Source: Lytechinus pictus (Eukaryota). From it: a stretch of DNA of 60,000 nucleotides. Every line of letters begins with the position of its first letter. The first letter of the stretch is position 1. Shown here piece after piece: positions 39,224-50,800 of this stretch. Where the stretch lies: assembly GCF_037042905.1 (NCBI RefSeq), contig NC_087250.1, positions 16,184,001-16,244,000 of the forward strand, written 5' to 3'. The notes under the pieces were generated by a model that was given only the letters and a program-made list of their open reading frames with translations, was not told the DNA's origin and did no database searches. The position numbers and the translations under genes are program-made.

Positions 39224-42200
39224 GTTATTACATTTGTGGGCGTTATTACATTTGTGGGCGTTATTACATTTGTGGGTGCAACAGGGGGGGGGGGCAAAAT
39301 CATGAATCAATGTTCCAAAGCCGCACTTGAATACACAAAACAAACAAACTCACTCCCACACATACACCCTCACACATATGTATATATACATATATATATG
39401 ACTCATGAGAAAGGGACACATATCTCACCAACAAATTAATGCGAGCGCGAAGAGCGAGCTGAAATTTTTTAGTATACTGACCTGAAAGCAGGAAACAGGT
39501 ATCTGTTAACTGTTTGTAGTAACTCATGAGGAGGATACATATCTCACTACACAGATAATTCGAGTGCCGAGAGCGAGCCGAAATTTATTTATGTTCTGAA
39601 CTGAAAGCTTGATATTCTAAGGATTTTGGTACCAATGATTAAGATGGGTATTTAAAAGAACAATAGATGCGAGCGCGAAGCGCGAGCTGAAAATTTTGAT
39701 ATTTCGATCTGAAAAAACTTGACAGTTTCATGGACTTTTTAATAAAGAACAAGACATATATCCAACAAAAGTTTATTGCAAATCGAAGTGGGATTTATAT
39801 TGAGGTTTAGAAAACTGGAACGGGACATTCTATTCACCTATTTAATCATGAAAAGTATGGGTTTCTGCCACAGAAATGATGCGAGCGCGAAGCGCGAGCT
39901 GAACTTTTTTATATTCCAATCTGAAAAGTGGACATTTTGAGCACGATATTAAATAAAGAACGCTTGCTGATTTCCATGTAACATTACAATCTTATTTTAT
40001 TTTTGCACATGGAGAATTATTGGGGGCAAAACGACCTGTTTGCCCCCCAATATTTCCATTGGTGAGGCGATCGCAACCCTGCCCCCCAGGATCGACGCCT
40101 CTGAATGTTTATATTATCATAATTATATTATGTGCAGGTATATGATGTTCATATGTAGGGATATATTTTTTTATGATATATCATTTATAGTCCATGTAGG
40201 GATGTAATTTTTTATATATTATTATATTCCATGCTGTATGCAGGTATAATGGTGTTCACCCATAATTTGAATCCCGAATCGGAGGTCACTGATTACGAGC
40301 TTCCATACAGCTACCCATTCATTGTGACGTATGAGAGAGCGTCATTAACACAGATAGCTGCTGCAGCTGACATCAGTGGAGAATGCACGCAATTTATTAA
40401 GGTATGACTAGAAGAAAATAATCACCTAACCATTAAATAAATCAGCTGATAATGTAGACAAGATAGCAAAATAAATGAATAAAGATTGATTGAAGAACAA
40501 GCTTGACAAATATCTGAGCGTAAATGGTTTGCTTCAAACATTTATTTTACACACGATTATAGGTCTGAATAGTAACTTTACATGTTTCAATTTTGAAGGC
40601 CGTGCAGAAAAAATTAAGCAATTAGACTTACTTACACACACGTTCGCAAACAGAATGGCGTCTAGTCATTACAAAGATATATAATAAAGTTGAAAGACAT
40701 TATTAGATACGAATGAATGGATAAATGATCGAATAAAGGATCAAAACATGAAGAGGAACCAAAGACATAAGATGAGCTAAAATGGGGGAAAAATGTACAA
40801 GAACGAAAGACGAAAAAAGAAGATACAATAGAACAGATAGCATAGAAAATAGATGAAGAGTCAGGGGAAAAATGAAGATTTCTAAATTTTTCAATGATAA
40901 AATGAATCTCTATATCATATAGGCCTACTGCTTATAAAACTACAACATAATAAATAAGTTAACAAGCCACTATTAACGATTGCACATTCAACACTCGAAA
41001 TGATTTAAGTACTTTCTCTATTGTACTTACTAATAGCTTGGGTGTACGGAGGTTGCACTGACTGGCTATACAGCATGGTATGACAGGCATGGTGATCAAA
41101 TGAACTACTGGGGAGGTGCCCCGGAAAACAGCAGCTCGTGTGCCTGTGGGAGCAAGGGTATGATTAACAGACTTTTCTATTTGGTACACTGTAAAAACTG
41201 TGGTGTTAAACTGACACCAGTTGGTGTTAATAGAGGACCACATCCTGAGGTGTTGAAATTACACCCTAGAGATTGAACACAACACTAAAGAGTGTAAATG
41301 TAACAACCACATGTGTTGTTATAACACATATAGGTGTTAAACTAACAACGTCAATTAACACCGGTGTAAAATAACTGGTGTGGTCCTCTATGTACACCGG
41401 TTAACACCACAGTTTTTTGCTGTGTACAATATTAAGTAGAATGGTGAGGTAAGTATGTGACTGGTCATGCGCATTTCTATTACGTAAACTAGGAATTACA
41501 TGAAATTCATTGATTTGACGATGTAATAAAATAACCACTAACTTGACTACGCTATGAGTAACGTGCTATTAAAGTGCTGCTCCACTACTGTACCAACATT
41601 TTATTTCATGAATGACATGATATCGCGATTAGTCTTATATCAATAAAAATATTCAATTAACTGTCACCACATAATTTATTATGTGAAGTGAGCGAGCAAA
41701 TAATTAACAATGTCAATACAAAAAATGCGATAAATTTGTCATTTTATTTACAATTTCCACATTTTTTTCCAATTGTATTTTGTTTTTCTCTCTCCTGTTG
41801 TTGGTCGTGGAACTTTTTTAGGGTCATCGCTCCTGAGCCCCCCATCATCTGTATGCCTTTGTATAATACATAACCCGTATAGCGAAAAGAATTCGATAAA
41901 TTGTAGGTTTAGATGCTTTATTTGTAAATAATAATGAATAAAGAAATACATATAAAGTGAAAAAAAAATCCCACCGTTGTAGATTGAGAGAGAAAAAAGT
42001 AACCATGTTTTTCAGGTTCTTGCATAATCAGCAGTTTGCCCTGTAACTGCGATGGTAAACTCAAGTTTGTACCGTTGGAGGACAGTGGTAATATTACCCA
42101 GAAGTCATCATTACCAGTTAGTGAAATACGCGTCGGGGACACGGGAGGTAGTTTTGAAAAGGCTGACGTCACTCTAGGCCCACTGTACTGCAAAGGCGAA

Positions 42201-45200
42201 GACCCACAATGTAAGTATCTATGGAACGCCAGATGCAACAAAACGCGTGAAACACATAAAGTTTCACAGACTCGTGCCTAAAAGAGTACGCACGAGTAAT
42301 TCAAAATCTAATTCACCTGTGTGTTTTATCGTAGCCCAGTATTTAGCAGATTTGCAACATCAATGAATATTAAAACACAAAGTAAACAGGTTTTCTTAAA
42401 GTTGCTTAATATTATTACGCTTCATGTTGAGAATCAAATGATGCGACGACGCGGATACCAAGTGTTGAGTCATACGAACAAATACGGAGGTAAAACAAAT
42501 CATACCTTCTTTCATATATCATTTAGCCATCGTAATGGATCAGTTTGAATTCACTATCCTGACCAATACAAGAACTCCTGGACTTTTCATAGCAGAACTC
42601 GTAACAGCAAGCGCTCAGTTGTGTGCTGAGGCGTGCATCGCTCAGGATTCCTGCCAATCACTCTCATACAATAAAGACAATGGTACGTGTATTCTAAAGG
42701 AACGTGGAGACCCGATTACGTCACGGATTAGAGACGCCGCCTGGAATGAATACCTGCGAATATGTGAGTACATTAAAAAGCACAAAACTCAAATCGACCC
42801 GTGTTTTCAAAACTATTTCAACTTATTTATTCATTTATAGAAATACACAATATTGTGTAAACAATTTTTATAAATTTCGTGTAATCAATGCCAATGTATT
42901 ATGAATCAATAATAAAGAGGGTCAGTAACAAGTCAGGGAACAATGTTCTTATGTCAGCTATTCATGTTTTAAAGAAAGAAGATTCACCGCCCTTTCACAC
43001 GGTTAAAAAAAAATCGGAATTTGAATGATGATTCCAGAGAAAAATAAGGCTAATGACGATTTTTTTAGCACGTGTGAAACCAAACTCGAATCACGAACGC
43101 CAATCAAAATCACGAATTCATTTTCTACTTCGGAGGTGAATTCCAGTTCAGTTTCGATCACTCAAATTACGGTACGAATTTTACGTGTGAAAGGCTTGAC
43201 CTCCAAAACACCTTTGAGGGGCGGAGCTTACGTGTTCTTTCAAGCACTTCCGTATGTAATACAATTGTCATGCACTCATTGTCGTGCACTGACAAGTCAC
43301 CATTGTCATGCATTGACTAGTCACCAAGGACACATAGGGCCTACCGCCTTCGCTCTGGAATTCGAATTCAAATCAGTTTTCGAGTGAGCGTGTGAAAGGT
43401 CCGATGATTCGAAAGACGAATTGCATTCATCGTTACAATGATGATTCAAGATTCACGTGTGAAAAGACCCTAAGAGCATTTCGATACTGTACATCATATA
43501 TTATGTTCGAACCTACATGTATCTTAATAAGGGCCCGCCGATGACAGGTCAGTCAACTGTGATTTCGGAAAAGATGGGTGTGGCTGGATTCAAGACTTAT
43601 CCGACGATGCTGATTGGATAATATCAGACGGTAACCAAGGTAACGTGAGAAGGACTGGCCCTCTTCGTGACCACCGTGACACATCAGGTTAGTTTAACCC
43701 CACCCTGTCCCGTTACGAAAAGCGTAGCATTTTATCGTAGGAATGAATATGATATTGGTTGGTCGTAAAAATCAACTGTATAAATTCTATTGCACTATGT
43801 CAAAGGCCACATGAAGTGTATTTGCTCGTGAAATTGCTTAAAGACAAATGTTTCTTAAATTAATAGTAGATATGTATGATTTTACAACAAAACAACATGC
43901 GAGATAATAGTGTAAATTGCTGTTACATGAAATAAAAGATTATACAGAATTTGCTATTATAATAGCTTACATGGTTTACATAGCATGTAAATGAGTTTCA
44001 ATTTATCTACTAGAAAACTATTATCTCTCCTTACAGTCAACCAACACAACACCATGTTTTCTTTCAGGCCGCCATTACTCTGGTATCAGATCAGTACGGC
44101 TCGTTGACGGACCAACACCGCGCGAAGGACGAGTCGAGATATTCTACAAGGGCCAATGGGCGTCCGTCTGTGGCATCACGTTGTCTCTTCCGCAGGGCAA
44201 TATTTTGTGCCAATCCCTGGGATTCGGTGACGCGCGTCACGTGACTGCCAATGCATCGTACGTTCAAGGATCGGGTGAGATGGTGGTTGATCTACAGTGT
44301 AATGGCGACGAGGGTGATATCAGGGAATGCCCTATGCGAGACATAGGTCATACCGCCTGCCCACACACAGACGAAGCTGGTGTAGTATGTTCCCCAGGAG
44401 GTCAGTATGATGGATTTATATCAGTGTTTGGTGTTGACAGCTCGTGCTGAGTGTATTTTACACAAACCTAAACACCGAACTTACAAAAAAAAATATGCTC
44501 ATGGGAATTTGAATAGGTATAACGGGTGGTGTTGTACCTATTCCTATATAACGGATGGTGTTAACCATATGGATTTTTTCCCCCAGTGTCACAGCTAAAA
44601 ACTTAAGACGATGCTGATGCATCGTTCAGGGAGGCAGTGTAGCTCAGTCGGTTAGAGCGCCTGTTCCGGATAAGATCGTAGATCTCAACGTGCGTGGGTT
44701 CGAGTCCCGCAGCATGCCGGAAGACGTCTAACAAAAAACTGATGCTAGCGTTGTGTGTTAGCGTGCCTCACCGCTGTGTTCAGTGCGGGTGTGAATGCAG
44801 TTGGAAAACACTCCGTCCATCGGAAAGGACGCAAATGTTGGTCCCGTGTATAGGAGAGTCACAACCTATGCACGTTAAAACCAATACACTATTCGTCAAA
44901 GAGTAGGGTGTTCACCCGGTGTATTGCACCTGCCGGTCCCCGGTACTACAATACTGCAAGAATCTTCAAGATTGAAGGAGGCAGTGTAGCTTGAAGAAGA
45001 AGAAGAAGAAGAAGAAGATGCTGGACTGACTTGACCAAACGAAACTAATCAGGGTTATTAATGATAATGCCCCTGTTTAAAAGAATAAACATATACCACC
45101 ATGATTAAAAAAATTGGACACTGCCTACTATCAGTTTTAAAAATAGAAAATAAATTGAAATTGAAATTGAAAAATATGGAAATTTGTAAACATGAGCGTC

Positions 45201-47675
45201 TCTGGAAATTCAGAGGTCAGTATGCGCAACAATGATATAATATAAACTTAAATGACACTACCAAGGAGTTTAGAATACACCTTTGCTCTTTCACAGTGAG
45301 ATTGACCGGGGGTGTCACTCCTAGAGAAGGCACGGTAGAGTTACTATACAACGAATCTTGGGGTTCTATTTGCCACACCAACTGGGATATCGACGATGCC
45401 AATGTAATATGTCGAGGCTTAGGATACGACAGAGCCCTCAACGCTGTTGGATCAGCATTCTACACTGAAGGATCTGGTGAGATTCTCATAGATGATGTGT
45501 CTTGTACAGGGTCTGAAGAGAGTGTCTTTGACTGCGGACATTCACCAATCGGAGAAACAACATGTGTCCATGATGAAGATGCTGGTGTTGTTTGTTCGTA
45601 CGAAGGTAAATCCATTATCATGTTAATTTGCAAGTACCTCATACGCTTATAGCGGTTTTGTGGGTCTTTGAGTTAAGAAAGAGAACCCTTGTTCAGTTTA
45701 CTTTCATTATTAATACTCAAATGGCGAGGTGGAATTATATATATTCAATCTGAGACGACGTGGTTTCATTAAGCGTGGGCATTTCTTTTCTTTTCATACA
45801 ATAGGACATTGACCTCCTTATTTTTTTTCAATTAGCTTCTTTGCTTCATTGACAGAGGCCTAATGTAGATACCGAGAGCAGTGTCGTGAATCTTTGAGTT
45901 GGGAAAGGGTATACCTCAATATTTTGCTGGATCCAGTGTACCATTCTTCACTTTTCATCATCAATACTCAAATTAAAAGGAAAAATTAAAGAGAGTCAAA
46001 TTCAAACAACGTGATTGCATTGATTTTGGTTAAATCGTGGATTTCTTTTTAAATCAAAGTAATGAATTCCCTCTGATTGATAGTGTAATTATATAACCAT
46101 TGGCAATTTATTATTTATCATTTTGTTTGGTAGGACTTCGCATTTCCAGCTCCGTATAATTGGAACATAAACTTTTTGGTGTCATTTACCATGCTGCGAT
46201 TTATTATTTCGGTTTTCGAATCACCCGTATTTCACTGCCCAGGAATGTTCAATCTGTTTCAGAATGTGGACATCTATTCCATAATAAATTATGAAAAATG
46301 AACGGGTGTAGGTGTTACACTGCAAAAACTCTGGTGTTGATTTTACACCAACCCGGAATCTATATAACTCCACACCAGAGAAGTGTTAAACAACACCAGT
46401 TTGGTATTGGTCTTACACCAGATAGGTGTTTATACAACACCAATTAGTATTAAAACAGCATCGGTTTGATTCCAAACTAATGTTTCAATACTTCTGTGGT
46501 GTGGACATATATAGATTCCAGGCTAGTGTTAAATCAACACCGGAGTTTTTGCAGTGTAGGCCCGAGTTATAGATTTCAAGCTGACAATGTTTTCTTTTAT
46601 TGATATGTTACTAAACCACTCTATACCTTCTTTAATATTTTAAATAGATGATTCAGAGTTCTATCGTCTTAAAGGATCGTATCTCTACATCGACTCCAGT
46701 GAACAACTCTCTACAGCAAATATCACCAGACTGCAAAGTCCAATTATACAAATACCCGTCGCAGAGGGCGCTTTATGCTTCAGGTTTTGGTATTACATGT
46801 TTGGTGAAGATGCCCAATCACTGAGAGTGTATGTCAATGATGTTGAGGATGGTGTTGCTAGTGGAGAGATAGCTTTTGAAGTAAGTGGTAACCATGGTGA
46901 GCAATGGATTATGGACCAGGTAAGTCGTGACGTCATAATGACACTTTGGTTTAATATCCTTTTGGTCTAATTGCAGCATGAATTGCAATTTAATTTTTTT
47001 TTTTAGATTTTCAATAAATCAAACTGCAAATTTGGCATTTGCGCGTGTTTTCCTTCAACGGGCCCCTTTATTTTGTATATCATTATCAAATACCGATTTA
47101 ACTCCAATGAATTTCGGCTATTATGTTGATCGTGATTTCAATGATAGCTTGTGCGGGGAATGTAAACCTATATATGTGAATACTGATAAGATTGCCACCC
47201 TTGACTAGTTTATTGAATTCTATGGACTGAATTAAGGAGAAGCATTGTCCTCTTTTGTTACCTTTGAAACTATCAGAAAGAAAACATTCAGTGCAGATAA
47301 CCCTTATGAAGCGGTACCACAGTCTAATTGACGATTCTTTGACTTCTATGATGTACGAGATCGATCGTTTAGCTCTAGCAACCTTAGAATTTCGTATTCC
47401 TCTCTGTGCATGACGTATTTTATCCATAGTTTGACATCGTTGGAAATGATACAGCTCCGTTCACTGTAACAATCGAGGCTGTCACAGGTGTTGGTGTTAA
47501 TGGTGACATAGCAATCGATGATATTGAAGTACTAGCCGGAAGCTGTCCTTACGGTAGGCCATACCTTCATATGTTATCTTTATTTAGTTTGTTTTTATTG
47601 CTTTTCACCTATGATAAAGTGTATATACATGCATATATATATATAAATATATATATATATGTATAAACATATATG

Positions 47676-47738
<63 letters not shown>

Positions 47739-47769
47739 ACTACTATTACTACTACTACTACTACTACTT

Positions 47770-47824
<55 letters not shown>

Positions 47825-50800
47825 CACTACTACTACTACTACTACTTCTACTTCTACCACTATTGCTACTGGTAGTAGTACTTCTTTTTGCTTTAAATAT
47901 TTGGTAGTAGAGGTGGGTAGAAGTAACGACTAAAATTGTAGTCAACCTTATTTGTATCAACAGCATGTTTTGGCTACCTCTCAATTCACAGAACACTTGA
48001 GTTCTAATGACTACATTCATCTGCCTTTTATTGCTTAATCTCTGATTTATATTACCTTTTCCAACGCAGAACCGATGTCTTGTGACTTCGAAGAGACGTT
48101 CATCTGTGGTTTCATCCAGGATGAAGAAGATAATGCTGATTGGAGGAGAGGAAAGGGTGACGTCATACAGGACGATGAGAAACCTCCTTATGACAACACC
48201 TTCCATGATATCCATGGTAAATTTCGCCGGTTATGTTTTTTGAAATTATGCGTAACGAGAATATTTTAATCGGTCTACATTTAAATGGGTAATATCATCG
48301 CTTGCTCTAGGTGGCCTAATGTGGACAGTCACGGATCCGGGGGGGGGGGGGGGCACGTGGCCCCCCTTTGAGAAGCAAAATAAAAAAATTGTACTGTAAA
48401 AATTGCCATACAAACAAAAGTGTGCCCCTCTTCAAATTGAACCCCCCCTTTTTTGTTTTGCTTGTCAATTTTTTTGGGATACGAAATATCCTTTATTTGT
48501 GGTTGAAAACCTTTTTATTTTGCTTGTCAATTTTTTTTCGGGTACGAAATGTCCTTAATATGCCCCCCCCCCCTTTTGGAAAATCCTGAATCCGCCTCTG
48601 AATGTTGATGTGGTTAAATGTACATTTTTGACGCATTCCTTATTAGTGTACATGGTACATCTTTATAAACATGATCCACTAAACTGTGAGATACCGCAGG
48701 TATCCGTTTTCGTGCCATGACTTTTCTAAGAACAATATGATTCCAAAATGCCGTTTAATAAAATCACTTCTTGGTCTCTTGTTCGATTAATAAATTATCT
48801 GGTGCAACTTTTTCGCCTTTGATATCGATGCATTGCAAGTTTAAGTTGAATCGTTGTTTGTTTTATTTTCCTTTTTTCACCGCCTAAATATATGAAGAAA
48901 AAAAATCATTGATGTATACTCGGCAGGTTAAATGATAGAAGGATGTCATCGTGCAGACCCCAACCCCCCCAAAAAACATAAAGATGATGAGACAAAATAG
49001 TTTATCAAAATTTACACGCTAGGTGTAAATTTTTTTATTTGTAAAACCTTAAGCTGAAATTATTAATAGAATATATGAATTAGGTAATGATAAATTTGAA
49101 TGTTGATGTGATTTTCCCGCCTTTTCTTTTTTTATAGAATATTTTTATGTTATTTGAATCTTGTTGTCAGGATACTACATGTACTTCGATTCCAATGAGA
49201 CGGTTCAAGGGTCAACCGCTCGCTTGTGGACCCCGCCCTATACATTCCCCGGTCAACATTGCCTCACATTCTTCCACTTTATGCACGGAAGTGAGATAGG
49301 CAGTCTGCAAATTTACGCTATTGAGTCAGGGGGGACAATTAGTGGTAGCTCCCCCGTTTGGGCTCGTATTGGTCCGCAAGGGTTTGAGTGGATAAAGGCT
49401 GCAACTACAATTGTGGCTGACTCGAATTTTCAGGTACGAAGTTCATCGTCAATGTTTTTTTGCAATGTCAAAACGTCAAATTTTTACACTAATATATTTT
49501 GGAAATGGCTTTTTTTTTTAAATAGTGTCTTGACTAACTTTTTAATACTATTGTAATAAATGTCAAACATCGATCCTTAACGTTTACTCTCGCTTTGTTA
49601 TGTTTCTTAAGTATCATGTATATGTATGTCACGCATTTTACAGCACCACAGAGGTTGTCATTAGAAAGCATTTTCCATTTGCATGCCCTATTCTCTAATC
49701 TGAATGAATAAACAATAATTTTATAACTTAAATCAATAAAAAAACTGAATAAAATGATTAAAAAAGAACAGATGAAGGATTTAAAAAGTTATGAATAAAT
49801 TAATGACATACGGATTGAATTGTCACCTTTTTTGCAGGTTGTTTTTGAAACAACAAGTGGAGGACCTACATATTCCAATATCGCCATTGATGACGTCACC
49901 ATTACAAAAGGCCCCTGTGTACGGTCGCTGCAAGGTTTGCATTAATGTTATCGTCAACATGGTCAATGATGATGAAATATTAATATTCAAAACGATGACT
50001 AAATACTTCGAGTAAAGAATTTGAAAGTTCGTTGGTTTTCTCCTAAGGGATGGATGTGCATCGTGTGTGTGTGTTGGGGAGGGGGGGGGGGGGGGGGAGA
50101 AATAGGGCCTATCTGTAACGCACTTCTATGTTCTATGTAGAATTGGAATGATATTAATTAAGTTTTGATTTGTATTATATATGTCAGACAGTTAAAGTAA
50201 GCAGATGAAATAGTTGACAATACTTGCGTCATTTCTTGAGCATGTGTTACAGCTTTACAACCAAAAATGAATTTCCTTATAATATTTGACGCTTTCTTCA
50301 CCTTTATACAAATGTATCACAAAAGGGACGGATAACCGGCAATATACCCATACATATTTTTCGCTCTTTTCTCAGATGAAACGAGCACCACAAATACCGG
50401 ATGCAGGAAGGCTATCGGCTCTCGGTTAGGAGTAGAAGATGGCCGGATACCCGATTCGGATTTCAAAGCTTCTTCGGACAATGGCATAAGTGAACCGTAC
50501 ATGGCAAGGCTTAACAGCTACGCCACCAGCGGTGGTTGGATGCCAGCTGACGGAGAACAAAGTAGCTGGATTGAGGTATCAATTCTCTTTACATCCACTT
50601 ACTATTGTGAATTTAGAATGACATTACGTGTGCAAGAGAAAATAAACTAAGTCAGTTAATACGCAGGTGGAGCTTTTTAAGGATCCTCCTTACTCTCTTG
50701 GCGTTAAGAACACCTCAACTTCGAAATCCGATTATCATGATTATGATTTAAACAAAACAATTGCTTTTTTTACGTAGTTAACGAAGATTGACTGCTGTAC

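Larger units (their letters stand above)
27434..39283. mobile_element. Non-autonomous foldback DNA element with TGT..ACA ends and modular inverted repeats (interrupted by the LINE)
   Basis: Left TGTTACACCCACAAATGTAATAA versus right TTATTACATTTGTGGGTGCAACA. Outer cccacaaatgtaataa repeats and inner ~48-bp tccagacccgg repeats are mirrored on both arms; inserted in a G run. Confidence 0.85.
27402..40103. mobile_element. hAT-like non-autonomous element hosting the foldback element and LINE
   Basis: TIR CAGGGGCGTCGATCC / GGATCGACGCCTCTG; perfect 8-bp TSD AATGTTTA (27394-27401, 40104-40111). Confidence 0.88.

Noticed and set aside
44630..44715. Possible tRNA gene
   Set aside because: A and B boxes are present but no convincing cloverleaf; it continues into a SINE body and GAA tail.
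47595..48215. Several ORFs with poly-S/V/L/T and YI repeats
   Set aside because: Microsatellite translations; only 48070-48216 on the + strand is a real exon.
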